In this document: in pieces, positions 1 to 16,100 of the stretch
How positions within the stretch are numbered: the first letter of the stretch is position 1
Layout of the letters: every line of letters begins with the position of its first letter
Assembly (NCBI GenBank): GCA_050613775.1
Contig: JBODTK010000016.1
Coordinates: 1,426,001 to 1,490,000 of the forward strand
Origin: Neocallimastix sp. 'constans'
Taxonomy: Eukaryota
Direction: 5' to 3'
Length of the DNA: 64,000 nucleotides
The notes under the pieces: model-generated
The model's input: the letters and a program-made list of their open reading frames with translations, nothing else
What the model was told of the DNA's origin: nothing
Databases searched by the model: none
Translations under genes and position numbers: made by a program

Positions 1-276
1 ATATATATATTTTAATAATAAATTTTATTTAAATTTAATTTTATAACTATAGATAACAATTAATAAATATTTATTAAAATTAACAATTCAATAGTAACCT
101 TGATATAAATAAACCTTCAGATAATCTCATAAATTTAACACTACTCATTGTTCAATAACTATTTTTAATATGAATATTATATAAAAAATATTAAATAAAT
201 ATAATATTTGTTATTAATTAATTATATTTTAAAATTTTATTATTATTAAAATTTTTTATATGAAAATATATATATG

Positions 277-588
277 ATTGGATTATATATAAATATATTA
301 TATATATATTTATATAATATATATATTTATATAATTATGTTATAACAAAAAAATATATACAAAATATATTTATTATTTAATTAAATAAAAATAATATTAA
401 CAAAAAAAAATATATATATATAAAAAATATTTAGGTCATTTAATTATTTAAAAAAATATTATTTTTTACCAAATTATTATTATTTTTGTGATACAACATT
501 TTCAGAATGTATTCTAAAACGTATTCTTCAATTACATTGTATTTAATTTTTAATTCAATATTAAAATTTATCAAATTAATTTGATTGG
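277..588 (-). promoter_or_regulatory. Two reverse CCAAT boxes (TGATTGGAT) upstream of RPS7
   Basis: ATTGG occurs at 277-281 and 584-588 in an identical TGATTGGAT context, within near-pure AT sequence. The second lies ~60 bp upstream of the likely pyrimidine-rich start (CCCTCTTTT, ~648). Confidence 0.5.
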
Positions 589-685
589 ATAAACATAAAT
601 AATTCTAAATATCAAAATCAACATAGAATTCTGTTCCATATATGAATCCCTCTTTTAAAATTATCGTCATCCTTTGAACCTTTTG

Positions 686-1208
686 GTATGAATTTATTTT
701 TTTTTAATAATGAATGTTTTTATAATGATTTAATGAATGACTTGATAATGTTTAATTATTTTTTAATGTTAATGAAAATTTGATGACTATTAAATTATGT
801 TGTTGTATTTATTTATTAGTTAATTAAAAGAAGTATATTATTGTAATATATATGCAAATTAAACTATAAAATAATAAACAATTATTATGTATTAATTTTA
901 TATTAAACAATCCATCCATCCATCGAAAGTATAAAGGCATAATATTTTTATCATATATTAATCAATATTAAATAATAGTATATGTCATGCAATATATATA
1001 TATATATTATGTCAGCGAGTTAGGGAATATTCAGGATTATCAATATTACAAAATATATTTTATTTCATATGATAAAATATAAAATTGTTAAAATTACAAA
1101 TAAATGAATAATATGATTAAAATGATAATTGTGAATCTATGTAATAAAAAGTTGTAAATTTACTATTGTACTAAATGTAATGTAATTTAATAATATAAAA
1201 TCGAATAG
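686..1208 (+). other. 5'-UTR spliceosomal intron of RPS7
   Basis: Donor GTATGA at 686, branch-like TACTAAA at ~1169-1175, acceptor AATAG ending at 1208, 8 nt before the ATG. A short GC-richer non-coding exon lies at ~648-685. Confidence 0.7.
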
Positions 1209-1216
1209 ATTCTAAC

Positions 1217-1795
1217 ATGGCCGCCAGAAACAAGATCATTAAACCAGTTGGTCAAGAACCAGATAATCTTGAATTACAAATTGCTAAGTACCTCCTTGAA
1301 ATGGAAAACAATGTCTCTGAATTAAAGGCTGATCTTAGAGGTTTACAATTCACTGCTGCTAAGGAAGTCGAAGTTGGTCGTGGTAAGAAGGCTATTGTTA
1401 TTTTCGTTCCAGTCCCACTTCTTAAGCAATTCCACAAGGTCCAAACTCGTATTGTCCGTGAATTAGAAAAGAAGTTCTCTGACCGTCATGTCTTACTTGT
1501 TGCTCAACGCAGAATCATGCAAAAGCCACACAAGAACAGTCGTGTTAAGCAAGCTCGTCCAAGATCCAGAACTCTTACTGCTGTTCACGAATCCTTATTA
1601 GATGATCTCGTCTTCCCAACTGAAATCGTTGGTAAGAGAACCAAGGTCAGAGTTGATGGTTCCCGTGTCATGAAGGTCTTCCTTGACCGTAAGGACTCAA
1701 CCTCCTTAGAATACAAGCTTGACACTTTCTCTGCTGTCTACAAGAGATTAACTGGTAAAGAAGTTAACTTTGAATTCCCAGTCAATCAAGAATAA
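1217..1795 (+). CDS. RPS7: 40S ribosomal protein S7 (eS7)
   Basis: 192-aa ORF with eS7 motifs [52 protein letters not shown]. Codon usage is strongly biased, as expected for a highly expressed gene. Confidence 0.98.
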   Translation: MAARNKIIKPVGQEPDNLELQIAKYLLEMENNVSELKADLRGLQFTAAKEVEVGRGKKAIVIFVPVPLLKQFHKVQTRIVRELEKKFSDRHVLLVAQRRIMQKPHKNSRVKQARPRSRTLTAVHESLLDDLVFPTEIVGKRTKVRVDGSRVMKVFLDRKDSTSLEYKLDTFSAVYKRLTGKEVNFEFPVNQE

Positions 1796-2579
1796 ATTAT
1801 TTAATCTTGTAAATATACTGCTACGAGAATTTAATACATCTAATAAAAACAAATTAAAAAAAAAAAAAAAAATTTGTGTAAGATAATATATTTATTTGAG
1901 TATTAAAGTTGTAGAGAAAAATTTCAATGAAGTTTTGTTTTTTGAGAGAGTAAATGAATGAATGAAAATATAATTTTAATAAGGTATATATAATTGAAAA
2001 TATAAAAATATGAATCAAAAGTATATATATATATTTTTTTTTATGTAGAAAGATATTGGAATTATAAAGTTGAGATATATAACCAAATAATTAAATAATG
2101 ATATTTAAATTAAGAGAAATAAAGTGAAAAAAAGAGGAACATTCAAATTTAAAAAATATAGTAAAATTATAAATTAATAATCATAATTAAAATTTTTTAA
2201 AAAAGAAAAAAAGATAAATGGAAATGTTGAAATTTGGGTTTATAAAAATTTTTAATTATATAGAGAAATTAAGTATATAAAAGGAGGAAATTTAATTATT
2301 AGTTATCTCATAGGTAAAGGTTTAGTATTTCTTTGTAAAGTAAATTATAAGTAATTAATATTTATGTTTTTATTTTTATTTTTATTTTTTTTTTTTTTTT
2401 TTTTTTTTTTTGTTTGTTTGTTTGTTTGTTTTATTTTTTTTTTTTAAAGCTAATATAAAATAAAAATTTCAAGAAAAAAAGAAATTATCCAATTTTATAA
2501 AAAAAAAGGAAATAAAAAATTGAAATATAAAAATAAAAATTTTTACGAATTATTCATGATTATATAACTTCTCTTTTAT

Positions 2580-3469
2580 AGTGGAAGAGATCCAGAGATT
2601 ATTGATATAGATTATTTAAAAGGTATGGGAAGTTTTTGTTTTTTTTTTTTAAGAACCAAAGAAATTTGTAAAAGAAGAAAATCTTATGGTAAATTCGCAT
2701 ATGTAGCTTTTCTTGACCTGAAAAAAGCCTACGACTCTGTTCCCATTTTCAACATTCTTAGTAAAATCTTTCACCTTGGTATCCGTGACAAATGTTTTGA
2801 TTTCATTTCTAATCTCTATTTTCTCTATTTTACTTCTAAAGCTAGAGCTCGTTACCTTTGACATGTTATCAAATGAGTTTTCTATTCGTCATGGTGCTAG
2901 ACAAGGTTGCCCGTTATCACCAATTTTTGTTTAATTTCTTCATTAATGATTTTTTTTTTTTTTTTTTTAAACAATTGTGATAAATATGGTATTAGTATTG
3001 GTAATAAAAAAAAAAAAAAAAAAAAAAAAATGTTGTTAGTGGTCTTTTTGCTGATGATATTATTCGCATAGCGCCTAGTGAAAGAAAAATGAAAAACTCT
3101 ACTTCATTTTTTTTTTTTTTGTTGAGTTAATAAAAAAATGAAATTTTTTTTTTTTTTTTTTTGGTATCAATAAATGTGCTTACAATGCTTATTAAATCCT
3201 TAAATTTTGTTTCATATCCTTGGTTATAAAGAACCTACCTACATTTTCACTTTGGTATGTATTCTATCCCTTAAAGAATCGGTGTATAATATTTATTTAG
3301 GTGTCCCCTTCAGTAATGATTTTTTCCTTGAACCTATTATCACTTATATGAATACTAAAGTTAGAAAAATCCTTATTTTTTATTTCTCTAGTTTTTTATC
3401 CAATAATAAAGTTCCATTCACTTTTTAAAAGATTCTATTATTTAATCATATATTATTAGCAAAGTATTA

Positions 3470-3506
<37 letters not shown>

Positions 3507-4446
3507 GCTCCATTCTTAGATTCAAACAAAAACAATTCTAAGAATGTGTACAATCTTTAATTAACACCGCATTGTTGTATTGTATTGATTCTGACTACAT
3601 TGAAAAGAAGAAAAAATGGAAAAAAAAAAAAAAAAAAAAAAAAATTATATCAAAAGGAACTAAACGGTTAGTGTTTATACTTTATCACATGATCTTCAAA
3701 TATTTTCAATTGCTAGCTTTTGTGCTTCTTTTCAAATAAAATTTCTTTTTGAAAACGGAGAATTTCTAAATGTATTATTAAAGATCTCATAAACTATATT
3801 CCATATCCCTTTCATGCCACGTTGTTCTTGGTCGAAAAAATCACTGGTGCTCTACAAGAAAATTAAGAAAAAGAATATCACTAAATTCAAAAAATGTTAT
3901 TGAATCCATATTGGTCTGATGTTTGGTAAATTCCAAGGAATGAAAGGTACGAATTACGATAACTTCAAATTTATAAATACTAGAAATTTATTCAAGCTCA
4001 GCCTTGAATACTCTTATTTTTAAGTTTAGGTTTTAACTGAATCTTAAGATTAAGAGCTGGTTACAAATATAAATATCACTATTAGCAGTTCTCTTGAGTT
4101 ACTTTTTAAGAGGTTTAGCAAAAAAAAAAAAAAAAAAAAACACTTTCATTACCAAGAGTGCCGACGTCGTACCGATATGGCAAAGGAATAGTGCAGTTAG
4201 AAGTCCTGTTAATTCTCATCAATACACATTAACTAACAATACAATTCCGAACACAGAACTGATAGTATGTCATTCAAATGTGATGATCTTTCTTGTGGTT
4301 CAAGAGAGAGTTTAGTGGATACCACACTATCTATTTTAAAGATGCTATTTCTTTTATTTTATTATTTTAGATTTAACTGGTAATCATATTGCTACACATA
4401 GAATAAGAAATCTAGAAGGTGAGGGTTCCTTGTCTCCTTGTCTATG

Positions 4447-4450
<4 letters not shown>
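2580..4450 (+). mobile_element. Decayed LINE-type non-LTR retrotransposon (RT pseudogene), copy A
   Basis: RT motifs in order across frameshifts and stops: AFLDLKKAYDSVP (~2706), GARQGCPLSP (~2893), GLFADDI (~3041), GINKCA (~3163), YLGVPFSND (~3294), then C-terminal remnants. Ends approximate. Confidence 0.9.
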
Positions 4451-4484
<34 letters not shown>

Positions 4485-5019
4485 ATTTATATCATACACA
4501 CACTTTATTTATTTTTTCATTTAATAATTACATGAATATTTTTAATTTAAATAAAAACACAGTATTAAATAAGTAATCTTCAAAATAGAGATTAAAGTTT
4601 GTAATAATTATGACTTTAAAAAAAAAAAAAAAAAAAAAAACGAATTATTTAAATATACCTATAGAAAGTAATTAATCATTTCAAAGGTGAAAGTCAACAG
4701 GTAGAAAAAAAATTTTTTTTTTTTTATTTTAAAAATTCTTTAAAATTTCAATTGTATTTTATTTTATTTTTTTTTACTTTTTTACTTTTTCTTTTACTTT
4801 TGGTTTCATTGTAAAATTTTGTTAATTTTTTTTTTCTAATTTTAGTTTCATTATATAATTTTGTTATTTTTTTTTTTAATTTTAGTTTTATTGTATAATT
4901 TTGTTAATTTTATTTTTATTTTTATTTCTTTTTTGTTTTTTTTTTTACTTTTTTACTTTTTCTTTTACTTTCAGTTCATTATAAAATTTTGTTATTTTTA
5001 ATTTTTTTTTATCTTTTAA

Positions 5020-5980
5020 AACAAGAATTACCTAAAGCGAATGGCTACTACTTTACCTTACCTAGGTGTACCGTTTTTCGAATAATTTAGAATTAATATC
5101 TATCATTTACTTTACATCCCTTGACTATGATAACATAACATTCCTTCTCTTCCTTTTTCGGTGAAAGATACGATTACTCGAGTAAAGTTGTTTTTTTAAA
5201 AAAAAAAAAAAGGAAAAGGAAAAGGAAAAATTACAATCGTATTATCTCTATTTTACTCCGAGAGATAATCACGTTGTAGATAGACGTCATTCATGGAGAT
5301 AAAGAAAGTACAGATTTTAGCAAGCAAATTAAATCATCAAAAAAAAAAAAAAAAAAAAAAATCAATTGTAAACTCTTTTATTTGGAATAGAGATATAGAG
5401 ATAGGATAGGAAAATCGATCAAGGCTAAGGCTTTTAAGAAAAAAAAAAAAAAAAAAAAAAAATTTGAAAAAACTAGAGCTAGAGTACTAAGTAAAAACTC
5501 AACTTTAAGGTATCCTGAAATATAGTCATTGGTTTCTGATGGGTATAAACTTTGTGCTAGATTCGAATAAAAATTTCGATGTCCATGTTGCCAAAGCCGC
5601 CAAATACGGTTGAAGGCAAACTGCCCGAAACGCTGTCCTTATGGTTATATAGAGAAATTAAGTAATTCCTCGATTGGAGTATTGGTTTTCTAAATACTAT
5701 CTTTTTCCGTGAATTTCGAATGAAATATTTTTATGGATAATTGAAATTCTTTATGAAAAAAAAAAAAATTTTTTTTTTTTTTAATAATTACCAAATATTG
5801 TCCAATATCAAATAGTAATGTAAATACTATTTAACATAGATATGAATAATATAGAATCAGGTACTGATTCTGATAGTAGTAACGAAGAGTATAATATTAA
5901 TAATAATAATAACAATAGAAATAATATTATTAGTAATAGAAATATTAGTGACAATGAAAATAATAGTATCGGTTAACTAA
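5020..5980 (+). mobile_element. Highly decayed, 5'-truncated LINE fragment, copy B
   Basis: QELPKANGY..YLGVPF-SNNLEL at ~5022-5095, an RCPCCQ zinc-knuckle remnant at ~5577-5595 and an N-rich tail at ~5840-5975. Ends approximate. Confidence 0.7.
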
Positions 5981-6585
5981 TAAAGTAGAGTAGTAAATAG
6001 GTCAATTGGTGAAAAATTGTGTTATTACTAGTAATTTTCTGAATACAAAAAATAAATAAATAAATAAAGATCAAAATTTGCAATAATTGAGGCAACAAAA
6101 AAAAAAAAAAAAGAAAGAAAAAAAAAAAAAAATTACAATTTTATGTTATTTATATTATTTTAATGGTAAAAGTATATTATGACCTCAAAATAAAAAAAAA
6201 AAAAGTCTTTGTTGAATTAACTTGTTAATACAATCTATCTCAAATCTATTTAAGAGAGGTTGTAGTTGTAATATTCAATGTTAAAAGTCCCTACTTTTAA
6301 CATTTAATGTAAATTACTTTTATATTAATAATTAATAAAGACATTTATATCAATATAAAAATATATATGGAAAAGAATCTTTTTTTCTTATTTTAAAAGG
6401 TTCTAAGATCGAATGATCCATAAATTATCAATTCATCAAATTAACTAATACATATAAATTTTTTTGTTTTTGTTTTTGTTTTTTTGAATAATATAAATAA
6501 TAAAGTTATAATAATAATAATAATTATAATAATAATAATAATAATTAAAATAACCACAAAAATCAACTTCAAAATCAAATATATA

Positions 6586-6623
<38 letters not shown>

Positions 6624-7048
6624 TCACATTTAAAAATATTAATATCAAAATCAAACTGATATCTTAACATAGCATTGAAATTATAATTATATTTATATTA
6701 TATTATTATTTATAGAAAATGGAATTTTTATAATAATCATTTTGATTGATTTAAAAGATAATAAGAGAGTTTAACGAAAAAACATTATCATCACATTAGA
6801 TATCCTTAACATGATATATATATTATTAAAATTATTAAAATCAATTATAAATGAAATAATTCTAAACCATTGTTACTTTGAAAGAATAAAAAAAAAATAA
6901 AAAAATAAAATAAAAAATAAAATAAAATACAATATAAATTATTTCATATATATATTTATATATATATATATATGTTTATTTGCTCTATTGATAAATAAAA
7001 ACAATAAATTAAATATTTTTTCTTGTCTTAAAAAAAATAAAAGTAAAA

Positions 7049-7082
<34 letters not shown>

Positions 7083-7174
7083 CAGTAAAATTAGGCGTAA
7101 TACAAAAAAGTTTAATAAAAATTTTAAAAGAATTTGCAATTTTATATAAATCTTTTAATATATATTTGATTATA

Positions 7175-7224
<50 letters not shown>

Positions 7225-7364
7225 AAAATAAAGTTATATATTGAATATAAATTTTTAAAAATAATAATAGTAGTAGTATAAACTTCCAATAAAAACATAT
7301 AATATATAACAAATGTAGTAGCAATCAATTAACAATAAATTTAAAAACTAAAAATTGAATAAAC

Positions 7365-7417
<53 letters not shown>

Positions 7418-7641
7418 AAATAGATTTAAGTAATATAAAAATATATTGTTCGTTTGTTTTTTAGTTTTTAATATTTAAATAAATTTATTTATAAATAAGA
7501 TATATATAAAAAAAATTAAATTACTATTGTGAAATAGTAAATTAGTTATATTAATGTTTATAAAATAAAATAATTTTAATTTTAGAAATAATAATAAAAA
7601 AAATATTATATATATAATTTATGATAATAATATAATTATTT

Positions 7642-7677
<36 letters not shown>

Positions 7678-8343
7678 CAGTACTAAAATAAATTATATAT
7701 ATTTTTATATTGAATGATCTATATATTATTATTCTTTTCTTTCTTATTCTTACTTACCCTCCTTTCTTTTCCCTTTATTTTAATATTATTTTTGAAGTAG
7801 ATTTTTTTATAATAAAATTTATTATTATTTAATACTTCGTTTTAGGTTATTTTTTTTTTCTCCCCCTTTTTTTTTTTCTCTCTCAATTCTTTCGATATAA
7901 TTTTTTTTTTTTAATGTTATTATAATTTTTCTATAAATATATATATAATATATAAAAAAAAAAAATAAAAAAGAAAAGAAATTATTAGAACTTGTTCTTT
8001 TAAGCTTTTTTTTTTTTTTTTTTTTTATATAGATATATATATTTTAAAAAAAAATATAATAAATATTTTAAAAATGAGAAAAAAAAAAAAGGTTTAATTT
8101 TTTTCTTTTATTATTTAAAAAAAAAAAAAAAAAAATAACTTTAAAAATAATATTTTTAATATATTTCTTTCATTTCTTTCATTTTTTTTTTTTTTAATAG
8201 AAAAAAAAAAATAATTTTATAATATATATGATATACTTTATAGTAAAAGAAAAAGAATATAAATATAATAAAAAAAAAATGAAAGAATTTTTTAAAGAAA
8301 TATTATAAAGGAAATGCAGATGAGAGTAATTTTCTATATTACC

Positions 8344-8385
<42 letters not shown>

Positions 8386-8829
8386 ATGGACAATAATTAT
8401 CATTATTATCATTACTAAAACAATAAAAAAAAAAAAGAAAAGAAAAGAAGAAGAAAAAAGAAAAAGAAAAAATAATTAATCAATTAATATTTCTTAATTT
8501 AAATATTTTATATCTTTTGAAAAAATAAAAATAAAAAATAAAAATAAAAAATCTTTATATATTTATTAATAAATAGATTATTTAAATAAAAATAAATAAA
8601 TTATTAATAATTTATCTTTTTCTAAATTTAAAATAAAAAAAAAAATAATAATAATAATAATAATTAGTATCATATTTAATAATATTAATAGAAAATTTTT
8701 CAATTTTTTTTGTTTTTGTTTCTGTTTTGTTTTGTTTGTTTAACTCCTCTTTTATAAAAAATAAGATTAAATAAAATATAAAAATAATTATAAAAAGGAA
8801 TTTAATTTAAAAATAACTAAATATGCTAA

Positions 8830-12665
<3,836 letters not shown>

Positions 12666-13017
12666 TTTGGAAAGCGATTTAAAAGCTTTTATTTTTGATT
12701 TATTACTTTGATATAATATTTCAATAAAAAATATAAATAAATAAAGCAAGGAATAAATATATATATTATTTTTATAATAATTCTTTATCTTTTAAATTTA
12801 TGGATTAATTTTTTAATTCTAATTTTTTTTATTGATTTTATAAATAATTTATAATTTTTTTCATATATTTTATAAATTATTTAAATGAAACAATTTAATA
12901 TACAACTTTGTTTTTAATAATTAAAAATAAAAATAATAAAAATAATAAAAGTTCTTTTAAATTAATAATTTAAAATATGATGACTTTTATTAAATATTAT
13001 TTTTTTTTAAAAATTAC

Positions 13018-13058
<41 letters not shown>

Positions 13059-13122
13059 TATATATATAATAAAAATTAAAAACAAAAATATTTTGGTTAT
13101 AAATAAAAAAAAATTAAATATC

Positions 13123-13166
<44 letters not shown>

Positions 13167-16100
13167 ATTTATATAATATATAGTTTAAGTTTTATATTAT
13201 TAAGTAATTATTTTAATTTATTATATTTAAGAAAAAAATTTATTTATAATTAAAATATTATAATAATAATTAAAATAGAATTAAATAATTAATGTAGGTT
13301 AGAATTATTAGAAATATAAAAAATATATATATAATTATTTTATATAAAACATAAAATGATAATTTTTATTTATCCATATTTAATGTAATGTAATACGTAA
13401 TAAAATAATAAAATTCGTCAAAAAAAACATTTTACTAACAGAAATTGAATATAGATTAAAAGGGATATACAATACAATAATTTTTTTCATAAATTTACAT
13501 CACATCTTCATCAAAATAAATTTATTCATAACCGATTCAAGTAATTTTAACTATTCATAATGTTATTTCATTTTACATCAAAATGTTAAACAACTATTTA
13601 CAAAAAAATTTACACACTTAATTTCATATAATAAAATTGGATATAACTAAATAAATATAAATATAAATATAATAGAGTTTTATTAAAAAAAAAAAATGCA
13701 TATTAAGAGTTCTAATGGTTAGGAAATTTTTATAATAGCCAATCATAATTGTAGTAAATTTTATATTTTTAAATAGTTCGGTAAGGAGTAAATGCATCTT
13801 AATTTAAATATAATTATTCATAAGTATTTTTTATATTAACATATTATAAAAATATTAATACTAAATAAAAAAAACATAAATACTATAAATACTATATAAA
13901 ATGTAAAAATTAAAAAAAATAAATAAATAAATATTAGTTCAAAATATGAAAATAAAGCTATATAAATATCAAGCTTAAATACAACATCAAATAAAAATAC
14001 AAGATATAAATATTAAATAATAAATAATTTAAACATTTTTATTAAATAAACTAAAATCATTACTAAACTTTATTTATTTATTTACTTTTTAATTATTTAT
14101 TGATATTTACTTATTTATTTATTTACTTATTTACTTATTTACTTATTTGCTTATTTATTTATTTACTTATTTACTTATTTACTTATTTACTTATTTATTT
14201 ATTTATTATTTATTTATTTATTTATTATTTATTATTTATTTATTTATTCATATTTTAATAATTTTTGACATTTTATTTTATTTTTTTAATGAATAAAATT
14301 ATAAAAAAAAACATTACTGACATATTTATCACTTTTTTGTCTGTTCGTTATTTTTTTATTTAATTAATATTCAATTAATTATATATTTAAAATTATTACT
14401 TTAATGAATCTTATTACTTTTTTTTTTTTTATTTAGAAACTTCTCATATTCTTTGACCAACGAGTTTAAACTAAATAGTTTCTTTTTTTTTTTTAGACTA
14501 GGAATAAACTTTATTTAAACTAAATAATAAAAACAAATAAGAACAGAAAATAATAAAACTATGCTATAATTATAAATTGGAATAATGAAAGAATAAATAA
14601 TAATAATAATAATTAAAGTATTTATTATATTATTAATAAGTTATCTACTTTTTATAGTAAATATTAATCATCTATATCAATATATCTTTTCTTTTTGAAA
14701 TTATTATATATATTTTAAAATAAATTTTTTATTTTATTAAAACTTTCAGTAAATGGAAAAATTACAAAAATAATGTTTATTTTTAAATTTTTTTATTATA
14801 CACAAATTTATAAATTTTCTAAAAAAAAAAAAATTCTCTTATTTTATATGTAATAAAAAAGTATTTAAATAGTAATGAATTATTAGATAATCAAAATCTG
14901 TATATATAAGTAACCAAATATGAATAATTCAATAATTCAATAATAATATAATATATTATGTTAATAAAAAAGTTATAAAATATTTCTTGAAATACATAAA
15001 TATAAACTTTTTTTTTTTTTATAAAAATAAAAGTGGATAAGTAAATTATTATAACTAAAAAAAGTATAACTTACAATAATTTTAAATAATAAATGAAAAA
15101 TAGCAAATAGAAAATAAATAGCTATTAAAATACAATAAATTAAATTAAAATATTTATATTGAAATTAACATAGCATTATTTATTATTTAAAAAAGATAAT
15201 AAAAAAAAAAGCAATGATAATATAGATAAGATAGTAAATAATTAACAATAAAGATTAAATAATTAAAAAATATATATATAAATAAAGAAAACAACAAAAA
15301 TAACTAGAAAAAAAAAAAAAAGAAACTAATATTAAAAATAATATTATTAATGAAATAACTTCATAGTAATACAATAAAATTTTAATTTTTTAAAAAAAAT
15401 AAAAAATAATAATATTTATTAATATTTATAATTTTTCCGAACTTTCTGACTTTAAATTTTTTTATGCTTGGTGCAATATTCTATTTGTATATTTTAGGTT
15501 AATAAAATTTCAGTAATATGTAATTTAAATTATAAAAATTTATAATATTTAAATATTGTAAATTTTATTAATAATATACACTAATTTTATTTTTTATTAT
15601 TAATCTCAAAGGATTAGAACATTATTATATAGATTAAAAATTGATTAATAATTTTTAAATAATCTTATAAAACAGGAATATAACAAAATGTAGATATACA
15701 TTTTTTTTAATTACATAAATTTAAAGGTAATAAAAAATTATTAATTAGGTTTATATAAAATAATTCATATTTATAATGAATTAAAAATCGTATTTCATTT
15801 TTATGTTTTGTTACATAAAAGGCTTATAAAAAATAATTTTTTTTTTTCAGCTCAAAAATATATTTAACCTTAGCATTTTTATTTAGTATATAAACTATAT
15901 TTTTTCTGATTAAATTTTGAATCATTTAATAAATTATATTTAATAATAAATATAAGATTATTAACTATTAGAAGTCTTTTAAAATTTATAAATTAAAAAA
16001 AATTACTTAACGAAATTTAAATTTAACTGTAATTATTATTTATTATTTAAATTGTTATTTTAATATTTAAATAAATAAATAAATTAAAAATTAAATTACA

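Noticed and set aside
780..790. Box C-like TGATGA in the RPS7 intron (C/D snoRNA)
   Set aside because: No CTGA D box or terminal stem was found downstream within the intron.
3040..3090. Hammerhead-like CTGATGA...GAAA inside LINE copy A
   Set aside because: CTGATGA is the FADD codon string of the RT active site, and no flanking stems are evident.
6445..7139. Short F/Y/I/K-rich ORFs here and at 21982, 33636, 35303, 36251, 38643, 41324, 44560, 59295 and 60869
   Set aside because: They are translations of homopolymer and microsatellite tracts, or antisense to introns and exons, with no coding-like composition.
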